From Naegleria gruberi (Eukaryota): a stretch of 64,000 bases of DNA. The notes under the pieces were generated by a model that was not told where the DNA came from, did no database searches, and saw nothing but the letters and a program-made list of their open reading frames with translations. The stretch lies in NCBI GenBank assembly GCA_000004985.1, contig GG738858.1; one strand, given 5' to 3'. A program made the translations under genes and the position numbers. Positions 1 to 11,776 of this stretch are shown here, piece by piece; position 1 is the stretch's first letter; the number at the start of each line of letters is the position of its first letter.

Positions 1-982
1 TTCGGTTGAGTTGGATGGAAATATTTGTGATGAGAGAATAACTTCAATGATGAAGAGTCAATTTTTGGATAGTATTCAAAGTGTGAAAGTAAAAAGTGGT
101 AATAATAGTGGGTCAATTGGTTATTTATTGAATTCTCTGTGTTTAATGAGGAATTTACAAGAGTTGTATCTTGTTTCTAAAGAATTGGATTCGAATGATG
201 CACAAGTAATAAGTGAAATGAAGAGTTTGACGAAACTTGATCTGAATGGAAATAGAATTAGTGATGAGGGTGTTGATTTCATAAGTAAAATGAGCGGTTT
301 GACCTATCTTAGGATAGATTCAAATGCTGTTCATGATGAAGGAGCAAAATCAATTCAAGGAATGAAAGGATTAAGAACTTTAAAAGTTTCTAATAATTCT
401 TTTTTTGAAGTTGGATTTGAGGCAATAAGCCAAATGGGAAATTTAACAAAACTTGATATGAGTGAAAACTCATTGGGAATTGAGGGAACTAAATCGATAG
501 GTATAATGAAAAATTTAACATCCCTCAAGATTGACTATAATCATATTGGTTCAGAAGGAGTTAAATATCTCAATGAAATGAAACAATTAACAAAGCTTTC
601 AATTGTGGAAAATCAAATAGATGAAGAAGGAGCCAAGTACATTGGAGAGTTGAAACAATTGACAATACTTGACATTAGTTTCAATTATGTTGGGGAGAAA
701 GGAGCCAAATCAATTAGTACATTGAACAAGCTAACAATGCTTGATATTATTGAAAATAATATTGGTGAAAATGGAGCAATTTCATTAAGTAATCTTAATC
801 AATTAACCAAACTAGATATTAACTCTAATAATATTGGACATTTAGGAGCCAAATCACTTGTGAAATTGAATCAATTGAAAGAACTCAATATCAGCTATAA
901 TAATATTAATGACTTAGAAATTAACATAATAAGACAAATGAAAAACTTGAAGAGCTTAACAAATCATTCTCAAAATCGATAG
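1..982 (+). CDS. leucine-rich-repeat (ribonuclease-inhibitor-type LRR) protein, 5'-partial
   Basis: ORF 11..982; the frame is open back to the window edge. It contains ~12 tandem 24-aa units of LxxLxLxxNxIgdeGak type. Confidence 0.6.
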   Translation, partial: SVELDGNICDERITSMMKSQFLDSIQSVKVKSGNNSGSIGYLLNSLCLMRNLQELYLVSKELDSNDAQVISEMKSLTKLDLNGNRISDEGVDFISKMSGLTYLRIDSNAVHDEGAKSIQGMKGLRTLKVSNNSFFEVGFEAISQMGNLTKLDMSENSLGIEGTKSIGIMKNLTSLKIDYNHIGSEGVKYLNEMKQLTKLSIVENQIDEEGAKYIGELKQLTILDISFNYVGEKGAKSISTLNKLTMLDIIENNIGENGAISLSNLNQLTKLDINSNNIGHLGAKSLVKLNQLKELNISYNNINDLEINIIRQMKNLKSLTNHSQNR

Positions 983-1064
983 AAGAACGTATTGCATAAG
1001 TTTCAACCCAAATAAGAAAATTACAATTAATGATTTACCATCCCACACATAAAAACAAAAAAGT

Positions 1065-1137
1065 TATACCCTGTGGGACTCGAACCCACAACCCCCGGCT
1101 CCGTAGGCCGATGCTCTTCCAATTGAGCCAAGGGTAC
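1065..1137 (-). tRNA. tRNA-Arg (anticodon ACG), 73 nt
   Basis: Minus-strand cloverleaf GTACCCT-TG-GCTC-AATTGGAA-GAGC-A-TCGGC-CTACGGA-GCCGG-GGGTT-GTGGG-TTCGAGT-CCCAC-AGGGTAT-A. A GTTCGAGTCC T-arm is present. An A6 run lies on + immediately 3' of it (T6 pol III terminator on the gene strand). Confidence 0.85.
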
Positions 1138-1228
1138 TTATGTTCGAAGTAATTTGTATATTTCTTGTATATTATTTTTACCCATTTTGTGCGCTCTTGC
1201 TGTCCGTTTCTTGAACTATTTCCTATGA

Positions 1229-1582
1229 TTAATTCAACATTAGTTTATAATTCATTAATTGGAGGTGGTCGTCCTTTCCATTTGGATGGTAAGGAAGGAG
1301 GGATGACACTTTTTTCTTTTCATTTGTAACAAATAATGGCTCCTCCAATAACATGATAGCATGTTTAGATTTTGTATCATTTAAATGTTGCAAATAATTA
1401 GTAGAATTATATCCGAATATTCTTCTGATTTTTCCAATATTCATCACACTCAAAATATCCAACACTAGTTTCCATCTGTTTTTTGAATCCAAATTATTGG
1501 CAATCTTTGCTAACAACACCTTGTTTAAAAACAAAGTGCTTGCCAATAAAATCTGATAGAGAATTACGCCAGAAATAATCAT
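1229..1582 (-). CDS. hypothetical protein, 117 aa, ATG start
   Basis: ORF only; no recognisable domain. Confidence 0.2.
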   Translation of the reverse strand: MIISGVILYQILLASTLFLNKVLLAKIANNLDSKNRWKLVLDILSVMNIGKIRRIFGYNSTNYLQHLNDTKSKHAIMLLEEPLFVTNEKKKVSSLLPYHPNGKDDHLQLMNYKLMLN

Positions 1583-1837
1583 TCAATAAAATTCAATCAC
1601 AGTATGTAATCATTCGAATTAAAAGATTAGAAGCCTCTTCTGCAGCTTGTTGCAAACTTTAAAGTACAAGTGTGGAATATTTTTTAAATTGATTTTGGCG
1701 GTTTTTTGTCGTTTTTTAGTCTCTTTAGTTCGTCTCTGCATGTCCTTAATTATTATCTACGGTACGTTAAAACCAACATTTTTTAAAAAAGAAAACGAAC
1801 AATCATCATCACCCTTTAATTTTCATTCCTTAATTTT

Positions 1838-3752
1838 ATGACCGACGATATGAACCTTTCCTCGGGAGGAACCAACTCTCATTTAGATCATTCTGTAGTA
1901 AACGCTATGGATATTTCAAGGAACAGTGAGAGTGAGGGAGAACTTAGTAATGAGAGTGTAGATATGATTATGAATAATGCTACTGGAGACCCAACAATAG
2001 ATATGTGCGATGAAGGACACAGTGATGATGAGTTTGGAGAACAAGGACAACATTTTGACCAAGCACAATTCGAACGAATGTTGAGCCAAAGACACTATAA
2101 GGTTGTTAGAGAACGAGGCGAAGGAACTTTTTCTAAAGTACTTGAAGCAAAAAATCTCAAGACCAATCAGCGAGTGGCTATTAAGTGTATGAAAAGCAAA
2201 TTTAAGGATAGAGACAGAGTCAATAGGTTAAGGGAAATTCAAGCACTGAAGATTCTATCACCTCACGATAATGTCATTTCTCTATTAGAAGTTGTTTATG
2301 ATCCAAAGAATGGTAATCTTGCTCTTGTGTTTGAATTGATGGACATGAATATTTATGAACTTATCAAAAGAAGAAAAAAGTACTTTCCAGAACATCAATT
2401 GAAATCATATATGTATCAAGTTTTAAAGTCAATTGATCATATGCATAGACATAACATTTTCCATCGAGATGTCAAGGTAAGTTGGATTTGAATTGACTTG
2501 TTATTTACATTCTCAGCCTGAGAATATTCTTGTAATGAAAATCACAACACCTCCCTCAATACCAACATCGAGCAGTATGACTCAACCAAACCAAATACTA
2601 TCAACAAACTTTCTTTACTATTATTATCTCAACGGTACTGCACCAACAAGTGCTTCCCCTTCATCTAGTAGATCTGAAACACCAACAGATTCATTCAGTT
2701 ATCCGACTCTTAAATTGGCTGACTTTGGAAGTTGTCAAGGAACAAAAGGAAAGAGACCTTATACTGAATACATTTCTACGAGATGGTACAGAGCACCAGA
2801 GTGCCTGTTAACAGATGGTTTTTATGATCAAAAAATGGACATGTGGAGTATTGGATGTGTGTTTTATGAGCTAATTACTTTCGAACCATTATTCCCAGGA
2901 GAAAACGAATTGGATCAAATCCATCTTATTCACAAAGTTGTTGGAACACCAAGTGAAGACATTTTGAACAAATTCAGAAAACATGCAAGTAGATATTTGA
3001 GTAATGGTAAATTCCCAAAGCGAGCAGGAAAGGGTTTAAAAGCCATGATACCTAATGTTTCGAAAGATTGTCTAGATTTATTACAAAAACTTTTAATTTA
3101 CAACCCTGAAGAAAGAATTACTGCCAGTAAGGCTCTAAGACACCCTTATTTTAAAGAATTGTATGCTCTTGACCAAAGCTTTGGAGGAGGCCAGTCAATA
3201 CCTAGTCCATCTCCTCTCATGAACAACATTTCAACCAACGCTACTAATAGCCCCTCTAGCACACAAGGCCCAGGGCTCCAACAAGCACCTTTAATTCACC
3301 ACAATATTCAAAATCAAGCCCAGAATCATAACAATAATTCAAATATGGTTGTTTTACCAACAATATATGGTACCAAGCAAAAACCAACGAATAAGAAACC
3401 GGTTCAAAACCAACAAGGAATAACTTCATATGGAAAAAATATGAGCAATAGTAACCTTAATACCTCAAATCAAAGCAATGCAAGCGGTACAGGAGGTTCA
3501 CTGAATCAATTTTTCTCTTCTATGAAGAGGAATACCAATATGAAAACTGTAAACCTCTCTCCCTACATGAATGATCATCCTCCAGTTTCTAGCTCAATGA
3601 CCTACCAAACCACAACAACCTACAATAACTTCCAATCAAACAAAGCTCCTCCAATCTTCCAAAACAATGTACATGCGTCTCTTTCCAACTCCAATAAGAA
3701 TGAACCTATAGAAAAACAGCAGAAAAAGTATTCACTTCATTACATGATATAA
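1838..3752 (+). CDS. Ser/Thr protein kinase, CDK/MAPK-related RCK (MAK/ICK/MOK-like) family; join(1838..2476,2517..3752)
   Basis: The protein reads through the subdomain I-VIb motifs ...VAIKCMK...HRDVK in exon 1, then PENILV...DFGSC...WYRAPE...DMWSIGC in exon 2. A 40-nt intron (GTAAGT...CTCAG) at 2477..2516 joins the two ORF-track ORFs in frame. The activation segment carries an S/T/Y-rich insert. The C-terminal tail is N/Q-rich. Confidence 0.85.
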
Positions 3753-3890
3753 AGTTGTAAATTTATATAATCTCACAATATTTAAGCTCCCTAAAATTTG
3801 CACAACTAGATCAAAAACTTTGAAAAATTAATTATTAAATAATTTTTTAATTTTAAATTTTAAAATAATTTTTTTACAATAAATTTACAA

Positions 3891-4338
3891 TTATTCCTTC
3901 TTTTGTTGATTTTCGAAAAGAATACCAGCTTGATATTTCCTGCCCAATTGATATAAACCAGTACATCCAACGAAGAAGTTGACAGCAAACAAACCCCAGT
4001 TCTTTGGAATAATTTGAGTACTATATCTACTCCAAATAAATCCAGTAACAGTAAGAGCTACATTTTGGTTAGTGGAAACCAATTCAGGTGGCTTTGATAA
4101 ATCGGAAATACCAGCGATCACAAGACCCCACTTGAAAACCTGTTAACAATTAAAATTGAATTAAATTTTTTAAAGAATATTTTCTCAACATACTGGTGCC
4201 CAAAAGTGAACTGTAAAATGATTAAATAACAAAGATCACACAATGATGATGTATTAAATATTTACCTGTTCTAATACCAGCTTCTCCGTACCAAAGGTAA
4301 TGACGGAAGTTGGCAAACTTTTGTCCGAATGAAGCCAT
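3891..4338 (-). CDS. mitochondrial pyruvate carrier (MPC2-like); join(4338..4266,4210..4194,4139..3891)
   Basis: The translation ...GEAGIRT-VHFWAP-VFKWGLVIAG...GFIWSRYSTQIIPKNWGLFAVNFFVG matches the MPC2 core (FFWAPIMKWGL...GFIWSRYSLVIIPKNWSLFAVNFFVG). It needs a 17-nt micro-exon encoding (V)HFWAP. The introns are 55 nt (GTAAAT..TTTTACAG) and 54 nt (GTATGT..TTAACAG). Confidence 0.75.
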
Positions 4339-5207
4339 TTTTTTATTGTTGATGTATTGATGAGAGGCCGCCTCTATGTAAAATGGCGAATATTGCAGAA
4401 TGAAAAGCAAGTGACGAGATAAAGCGAAAAATTGATTCTTCTATGTGAACACCTCCATAGAATGGATCAAACATTTGAATTGCAACATTGATTTTGATCC
4501 TTGACTTTCTGCTTCAATGGTTTAGTTAAAATTTGAAGGAAACAATGTACTGTTAGTGCTTTTCAAATATAGACTGTTGTTTAAAGTTTGTTTGTTGGCA
4601 TACAAATTGTCAAGTGATAAAGATTTATGATTTGAAACATCTCAATTATTATATCTATCATTATAAATTCGGTCAAGACACCTCTATCACAAAAGATGAC
4701 AGAGAAATTGTTTCACGTTTTGGATGTCATTGTATATTTGAAAAGTTCTCTATTCTCTTAGTTTCGACCAAATTGAAGCACTTAGAGATTGCACACAATA
4801 CCACCAATACACGCATCTCGTTACCACTATTGGAGGATCAACAAAGAGCACGTTGGCCATTTCCCTGACCAGTGTTGCTCTTTGAGTCTGCAAGCTTCTC
4901 TTGTTGCTTGTTCAACAAGAAAAATTAAAACACTAACTGTTGTAAAGATATTCAGGCGCCATTTTCGAAAAAAATATTAGAGATCCAATTATTAGAGAGT
5001 GAAGTCATCAGCGCGTCGTTAAAATTCCACCACAATTCCCTCTTGCCCTTCACCACCATCCACTTCCTTTATTTCTTTTCGTGAATAACACACTACTTCC
5101 TGCCGCGGCTAATTCTTCATCTTATTGCTGCTCATCCTTCCTACCACAACAACAAAAATTAAATTCTTGAAAACTACAACAACTACTGCACCTCCTACAA
5201 CAACACG

Positions 5208-7919
5208 ATGAACAACATTCCAAACCCTTCTGTTCCACTCTCCAATTCAATCACCCCTAAAACTAACAATGGAACAACATCTTCTAATGTTGAACAAAAG
5301 AAGAAGCTTATTAGACACAATAGAACCACTTTAAGAAAGAAACCTTCTTCTTCTACCTCTCCTAATGGTACCAACCACAGCGTATCACCATCCAATGGTG
5401 GTAGTAACGCTTCGTCACCACCAAGAAATATGATTACATCTCCTTTAAATTTTGTTGCTATTAATCAAAACCAAGGTACTACACCATCTAAAGTTATCCA
5501 CTTTAGAAGAATTCCTATCGATACTACCCAAAATGATTTGATGAATATGTGCCAACCTTTTGGTACTGTAACAAACATTTTGCTTTTAAAGAATGGACAA
5601 GGATTGGTTCAATTTGCTGAAGTGGATGGAGCAATAAGTTTGATAGAATCTTTCAACAATAATCCTGATTCACCATCATTTGTTATAAGAGATACTAAAG
5701 TATACCCAAATTATAGCAGCCACACAGAATTATCAAAAGGATTAATTTCTAAATCTGATAATGGTCTTGCAAATAATGGAAAACAACAAGATCCAAACCA
5801 CATTCTATTAGTTACTATTAGCAAGTCTAAATCCACTGATGTTAACATTGATTCCCTCCATGAAATCTTCTCACTTAAAGGTTCTTGTTCAATTGAAAAG
5901 ATTGTAATGTTTAACAAGACAGCAGGTTTGCAAGCTTTAATTCAATACAAGAATGTTAATGATGCGCTAGAAGCAAGAAAAAAGCTTCAAGGAGAGACAC
6001 CATTCTCAACAAGTGAAAACTTGTTAATCCAATTTTCCAATCTAAAAGATCTTACCGTTCACCAAAACAGTGATAAAGCCAGAGATTACACAAAACCACC
6101 ACAACAACCCCAATCAAGCGTTTCCTCTCCAACAACTACCAACACTACAAATTCTACTAATACGGTCGCGGTTTCTTCAACCCTACCATCTACAAATAAT
6201 GCACCAACAACAGTAATGAAGAGAAGTGTAGCTGCTAACGTTCCAACTACAACAATTTCACCACAACAACCTCTTGTACAACAATTACAAGACCAACGTA
6301 GCCGCAGTAATTCTACTTCATCTGGAGCATTTGAACATGTTCAACATCAAGTTGTTATGCATCCAACACAACATGTTCCTCCAAACAATACTCCTATTTC
6401 CTTTATGAATAACCTTCCAACTTCTGCCATTAACAACTCACCTAATGTTACAAACACAAATAACTCAAATTCTCGTGTTTCAATGACTCATTTACCTGAT
6501 AATAATGCCAATCTCATGAGTGCTAGCTTCTTTTCATATGCACCTTTTGCTCCTCACAGAGAAACCTTTGGAGCATTCTCTCCTACAATACCATCTGCTC
6601 ATCATACGGCCCACTCTACAAATCATCAAAGTAATGGAAATCCTCACCATCCACATAATCATCATCATCACCATCATCCAACTAACTCGGTTCAAAATCA
6701 ATTTTTGAATCATTCTTTCCTATCTCCAACAACACTTAACCAAACATTCAATGATAAAATTGTAATGTCTCCTAATGGTGTTGTAGTTCAAATGCCAGAT
6801 AAGCTTGTTATGACTAATGTTGTTCAAAACCCAAGTTCCAACCCTAATGGTCAATATCACTTGTTGAATGGTGGATTTACTCATATGCAAAATTCCATCA
6901 GAAATGGTACTCCAAACACTGCCCCAAAGAATACTACTAATGGTACCCTTAATGGTATTATTTCTGCTCCATCATCTAGTTTATCAATTTCAAATGAAAA
7001 TGGTTCCTCTCACCAAATTCGTTTGAATTTGCAACCAAACAACCAACCTCCAACCAACCCTACTAGATCTCAACCTTCTTTGGGAACTATTGGTTCAAGT
7101 AGATTGCTTTCAAATCCTCAAACAACCTTACATACTCCAACTGAAGAAACAAATAGTATCGAAGAAGAAATGGCATCTGAAGAAAACATTGATGACCAAG
7201 AAGATGAAACTGCTGAAGAAGGTGATGATTCAAGGGATAATGGTGCTAATAATGAAAAATCATCAGTCCTTTTAGTTTCAAACTTTAATGATAAGAAGAT
7301 GAATTGTGATTTGTTATTCAATCTCTTCTCTTGTTATGGTTACATTCACAGAATCAAGATTTTCAAGACCAAGCCTGATCATGCTTTGGTTCAAATGGCA
7401 TCACACAAACAAGCACTTAATGCTATTAGCAGTTTGAAGGGTGTCCAAATATTTGGAAAAACATTATCAGTTAACTTTTCCAAGCACACTTTTATTAATA
7501 CCAATAAGAGTGATAACAATATGAAAGATTTTACAAAGACAAATCTTAATAGATTCCCAAGAGGTGCTTCTACTAGTCAAACCTCTCCTTCCTCCAACAA
7601 CTCACTCACAAATGGAAAGCAACACAATAAGCTTTATATGTGCCAACCAACTCATACCCTTCATATTTCAAATGTTCCATTTGAGAAAGATGAAAAAGGA
7701 AAGGAAATTCTTACAAACATTTTCTCACAATTTGGTGAAATTGAAGGTTTGAGAGTTTTCAGACATAATGACAAACCTATGGCCTTAATCAAATTCAAAA
7801 CAATCACTTCAGCTGCTGAAGCTCTTGCAACTCTTCATAACGAAACTATTTCTGGCAAACACATGAAGGTTGCCTTCTCCCTCAATTCTGTTATTCCTCA
7901 AAATAATAACAAGAAATAA
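5208..7919 (+). CDS. polypyrimidine-tract-binding protein (PTB/hnRNP-I/L family), four RRMs, single exon
   Basis: RRM1 is KVIHFRRIPIDTTQNDLMNMCQPFGTVTNILLLKNGQGLVQF. RRM3 is SVLLVSNFNDKKMNCDLLFNLFSCYGYIHRIKIF...ALVQMASHKQALNAISSLKG, near-colinear with PTB RRM3 ([55 protein letters not shown]). RRM4 is TLHISNVPF...MALIKF. Long low-complexity linkers lie between the RRMs, including a His run. Confidence 0.85.
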   Translation: MNNIPNPSVPLSNSITPKTNNGTTSSNVEQKKKLIRHNRTTLRKKPSSSTSPNGTNHSVSPSNGGSNASSPPRNMITSPLNFVAINQNQGTTPSKVIHFRRIPIDTTQNDLMNMCQPFGTVTNILLLKNGQGLVQFAEVDGAISLIESFNNNPDSPSFVIRDTKVYPNYSSHTELSKGLISKSDNGLANNGKQQDPNHILLVTISKSKSTDVNIDSLHEIFSLKGSCSIEKIVMFNKTAGLQALIQYKNVNDALEARKKLQGETPFSTSENLLIQFSNLKDLTVHQNSDKARDYTKPPQQPQSSVSSPTTTNTTNSTNTVAVSSTLPSTNNAPTTVMKRSVAANVPTTTISPQQPLVQQLQDQRSRSNSTSSGAFEHVQHQVVMHPTQHVPPNNTPISFMNNLPTSAINNSPNVTNTNNSNSRVSMTHLPDNNANLMSASFFSYAPFAPHRETFGAFSPTIPSAHHTAHSTNHQSNGNPHHPHNHHHHHHPTNSVQNQFLNHSFLSPTTLNQTFNDKIVMSPNGVVVQMPDKLVMTNVVQNPSSNPNGQYHLLNGGFTHMQNSIRNGTPNTAPKNTTNGTLNGIISAPSSSLSISNENGSSHQIRLNLQPNNQPPTNPTRSQPSLGTIGSSRLLSNPQTTLHTPTEETNSIEEEMASEENIDDQEDETAEEGDDSRDNGANNEKSSVLLVSNFNDKKMNCDLLFNLFSCYGYIHRIKIFKTKPDHALVQMASHKQALNAISSLKGVQIFGKTLSVNFSKHTFINTNKSDNNMKDFTKTNLNRFPRGASTSQTSPSSNNSLTNGKQHNKLYMCQPTHTLHISNVPFEKDEKGKEILTNIFSQFGEIEGLRVFRHNDKPMALIKFKTITSAAEALATLHNETISGKHMKVAFSLNSVIPQNNNKK

Positions 7920-8006
7920 TTTTCTTTCACAATTAATCATGACTGAAACATTATGTGGTGGTAATGTTTTCAGTCTTTTCAATAAAAATTTAAAATTTAA
8001 TTTTTA

Positions 8007-8804
8007 TTAATCAAATGTTATCTTCTTTCTTCCATATCTTGTGTAATGAGAATTAAAAGTTTCCAATGTTTGTCTTGAACCATATTCACCATTTGTTAGT
8101 TGATTCAAATCTTCTTTTGCCTTTCCATCTAACTTTCTTGTCATCATTGTATTAAAAGTTGTTTCAAATTGAGCATCATACTCATGTTCATGAGGAGTCG
8201 GTTTTGTTTTTGTTGCTTTAAAAGTTTCATCAATTTCCCTCTTTGTTTGAAGTTTCTTGTTATATAGATCCGATGTTTGAGCAGTTGTATAGGGATTAAG
8301 GGTATATTTCTTTCTATCTATTTCCTCTAATTGTGATTCATTCTTTTTCTTATCGACATGAAGGGTATTTGGATTAATTTTTTGGGGTGGTAAGGCATGA
8401 ACATAATAACTTTCTAACTTGGTTTTCTTTTTTGATGGAGATGGCACACGATTAAGAAGATGAGGTGGTTTAGGAAGTAATTCTTCGGAATTTAAAGCTC
8501 TCCTAACAGTTGCTGAATTTAAATGATCTCCTGTATAATTTAAATGTTGATGTTGTTTTTCGTGTGTCATTTCTGTTGCTCTATTCTCAAGTCGCTTATG
8601 CTCATCATCCACAAGGAAATCAAAATTCTGATTCCAAGCATTTCTACGAGATAATGAGTAAGATCCTACTCATCACAACACTTACCGAATGACTGATTCA
8701 TTCTTTATTGAATTTCTCCAAATTCTATCATTATTTACAATTAGTGAGGGATCCACATCTTTCCATCTCAAACCAAAGGTTCCATTTTCTTTATCCTTGC
8801 TCAT
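8007..8804 (-). CDS. hypothetical protein; join(8804..8686,8643..8007)
   Basis: An ATG exon (MSKDKENGTFGLRWKDVDPSLIVNNDRIWRNSIKNESVIR) is joined through a 42-nt GTAAGT..CGTAG intron to ORF 8007..8612. No domain recognised. Confidence 0.45.
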
Positions 8805-8930
8805 CTTTTTTTTTAATTGGTATTAGTGTTAAGCATCATCACTTCATTTTGATGTAACGGTCAGAGATGAAAAATCGCTGTAGATTTGTTTTGGCGGCTA
8901 AAATAAGATAACCCTTCTTGATTCGAGATA

Positions 8931-9386
8931 TTAAAGGGCAAGCTCTCTCTCAAGATTTTCCCCTTTTCCATTATAAAAGTATCCCTTCCATACTTTACCA
9001 TCATCACTTGTAAAACGACCTCTTCCGTGCATCTTATTATTCACCCAAGTTCCTTCATAACGTTGAGTCTTGTTTGGCCATGTATAAATTCCATTACCTT
9101 CCATCAATCCCTTTACAAAATCACCTTCATATTGAGATCCGTTTGCCCAAGACATCTTTCCTTTACCATGCATTAAATCATTCTCAAAGTGTCCTTCATA
9201 AACATTTGATCCATCTTTATAAATTCCGAATCCATGTTTTTGTTTTTGATTTGTTTCTTCATTAAGCATCCACTCTCCATCATAGATGATATCATCATTG
9301 TAGTAAAACAGTGCCTTGCCAGTTTTTTCTTCTTCTGGTACAACGTTCTTACCTGCAACAGGCTTCTTCTTTGGATCTTTGGACAT
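8931..9386 (-). CDS. MORN-repeat protein, 151 aa
   Basis: Five or more YxGxWxxGxxHGxG repeats (YDGEWMLNE..HGFG, YEGHFENDLMHGKG, YEGDFVKGLMEGNG, YEGTWVNNKMHGRG...). Confidence 0.8.
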   Translation of the reverse strand: MSKDPKKKPVAGKNVVPEEEKTGKALFYYNDDIIYDGEWMLNEETNQKQKHGFGIYKDGSNVYEGHFENDLMHGKGKMSWANGSQYEGDFVKGLMEGNGIYTWPNKTQRYEGTWVNNKMHGRGRFTSDDGKVWKGYFYNGKGENLERELAL

Positions 9387-9619
9387 TTTTCTTGGGTTTG
9401 TTTTTGGAGGTAAAATGCAAATACAATAATTTTTACATCACTTTCCATCATAACATCCAGGTGCACTGCGTATTCTCTTCATGTATTAACTATTGAAGAA
9501 TAGTATTAAAGAACATACTTTGGAAAATACTGTTATGATAACCTTCCTGATAAAGACCAACAAAGTAAATATTCTAATTTTTACTCAACTTAAAAAAAAT
9601 ATCAAAATTGTACAACAAC

Positions 9620-10371
9620 ATGTCATCATCTGAGGAGGAACCAATGAAAAAGTCCGTCAAGGGTATACTCAAGAAATATAAAGATAATAAGAGGAGGTAT
9701 GATTAAATAATAATAATATTATTGATGGATTAATATTTTCTAGTCAAATAACATTTCAATTTGATGAACAAAATCTTCAAGAGAATGAACATATCAAGAA
9801 ATTAATTAAAGAAAATTGTCAAACAATTAATGAAGCAAAAACACCATATAGATATAATTTTGATTCCGATTCGGAAGGAGAAAGTGATCCTAACATTCCT
9901 AGGAGAATGACTCCTGTTGAACATATGGATAGAATTAGTAGTGCTTTGGAACGAAAATTAGAAAATCTAAAATGTGGAAGTGATGAAGAAAGTAATGATC
10001 ATACTATGAATACAACAGATGATCATCATGTAACACCAACAAAATCAATTCCGATCAATAGACAGATTATTGAAGATAACGAATACGGAAGTTATTCACC
10101 AAAATTTGGAGAATTAATAATACCTAATGATCTTAATGGACATTCACCAAACAAACATATTGGATTTTCAATGGAAAACCCTTCACCATCATCATCTATG
10201 GAAACTAAACCTGAAGGGGATCATGAGCATGAAACCCCTGAATTCAAGCAAAAGAGAAAAGAACATTACAATGAATATTTAGTAATGAAGAGAGCAAGAG
10301 AAAGAAATCAACAATTTTTCAAAAATGGTGAAGTAAGCGAGGATGAAAGTGATAGCAGTGATGACGAATAA
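9620..10371 (+). CDS. protein phosphatase 1 inhibitor-2 (IPP-2) homologue; join(9620..9696,9744..10371)
   Basis: The N-terminus MSSSEEEPMKKSVKGILKKYKDNKRR matches the I-2 KGILKN motif. The C-terminal KRKEHYNEYLVMKRARE matches the I-2 KRKLHYNEG motif. The 47-nt intron runs GTATGA..TTCTAG and exon 2 is in frame with ORF 9907. Confidence 0.7.
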
Positions 10372-10589
10372 TTTTAGAATGAAGTTTCTAATAGATTCAA
10401 GATGTTTTTAATTTCAGATGATTTGATTTCTTTTGATTTTAAGCTGATACATTTAACAAATTCTTTTTGCAACAATTGGAATGGATTATCATTAGCAAAT
10501 CTATAAATTATCAATCTTAATGCGTTTAGTTTTTCATTTGGTGTTCATTAATATGTAAATCTTAAAATCTTATCTTTTTCATTATTAAT

Positions 10590-11510
10590 TTATATTGCAT
10601 CGATTTTGATATTTTCAAATAACTCATATCTTGCAATAACATCTTCTCTTTGTAATAATTTTGAAAAAAAGATAAATAATCTCTTAATATTCTCATTAAC
10701 TTCAAAGCAACACATCTTCAAAAGCTCATCACCTGTGTAGAGAAGGTCAATATGGTAGGGACGAACTATACCTTTATAACTAAGCTGAACAACAGTTCCT
10801 CCTTCCACGACTAATTGAGGAGCTTCTTTACCTTCTTTAGTCAACTGGCAGATGGTCCTAGATATACTTAATCTTAAATGAATTTGAGAAGCATTAATGG
10901 TGATTAATTTTAACTTTGGAAAAAGTGAAACATCAAATTCTTTAACATTCCAACAACCTTTCAATGAAATTTTCTCTAAATTTGGGTAATTGTAAATTAT
11001 TTTCATAAATGAATAATCATTCAATTTGTGAAAGCCATCCAAAATCAACACTTTCAAATTTTCAAATCCCTTATGTAAATTCAATGTCATATTGTTACAA
11101 ATCATATCTTGTCTTTCAAATTCAGCTTGTATTCCAGGATCATTCTCCAAAATCATTCCATCAGTCAACTCAATCCTTTGAAAGTTTGGATACTTTAAAA
11201 ATGCTCCCTTATTGATTCCTGTATTTATCTTTTGTATCTTTAGAACCAAACTTTCAGAAAATAAACAAGATAAATCCAAGATGGAAACTCCATATTTAAT
11301 TCCATCATGCAAGAGTCTGTTTTTACATCTTGTTTGTGTCCATTTCTTTCCTATTTCCTTTAACTGTTCTTTAGGATCCGAACTTTTAAAATAATGGATT
11401 ACAGTTGCTAACCATTTGGATTGATCAATCGAAGATAATTGAAAAGGTTCAAAGAAGGAGAAAATAAGAGCCCACACTTCAGATGGAAGCTGCAAAGCTC
11501 TTCTTGGCAT
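10590..11510 (-). CDS. F-box/LRR-repeat protein
   Basis: The N-terminal F-box reads LPSEVWALIFSFFEPFQLSSIDQ. LRR-like repeats lie downstream. ATG start. Confidence 0.65.
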   Translation of the reverse strand: MPRRALQLPSEVWALIFSFFEPFQLSSIDQSKWLATVIHYFKSSDPKEQLKEIGKKWTQTRCKNRLLHDGIKYGVSILDLSCLFSESLVLKIQKINTGINKGAFLKYPNFQRIELTDGMILENDPGIQAEFERQDMICNNMTLNLHKGFENLKVLILDGFHKLNDYSFMKIIYNYPNLEKISLKGCWNVKEFDVSLFPKLKLITINASQIHLRLSISRTICQLTKEGKEAPQLVVEGGTVVQLSYKGIVRPYHIDLLYTGDELLKMCCFEVNENIKRLFIFFSKLLQREDVIARYELFENIKIDAI

Positions 11511-11776
11511 TTTTTCAAAGGTTTTCGATCAGATTTAACTTGGATTGACTTTTAAACTCTAAAAGAATGTTGTAAAACTGTAACACATTATTTGTTGTAA
11601 AGTGTTTAGCAAGTTAACAGTTCCATAATTTCCTCTATTGATTCTGAAAGTTGAATGAATTCAGGTCCGTAATCTCTAGTTAAATTATCAATCCGCAACC
11701 TTACTCCTAATCCATCTAATCCATGAAGGCAACTTGTTGCCAATAATAAAAATTACATAAAGAATTAATTAAAAAA

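Noticed and set aside
4880-4930. 7-bp stem hairpin (CTTGTTG..CAACAAG) in the MPC/PTB intergenic region
   Set aside because: It is too short and unremarkable to assign any function.
5195-7321. Antisense and alternative-frame ORFs inside the PTB gene (5195..5395 -, 5711..5917 -, 6520..6708, 7090..7275, 7118..7321 -)
   Set aside because: They are shadow ORFs of a long, well-supported coding region.
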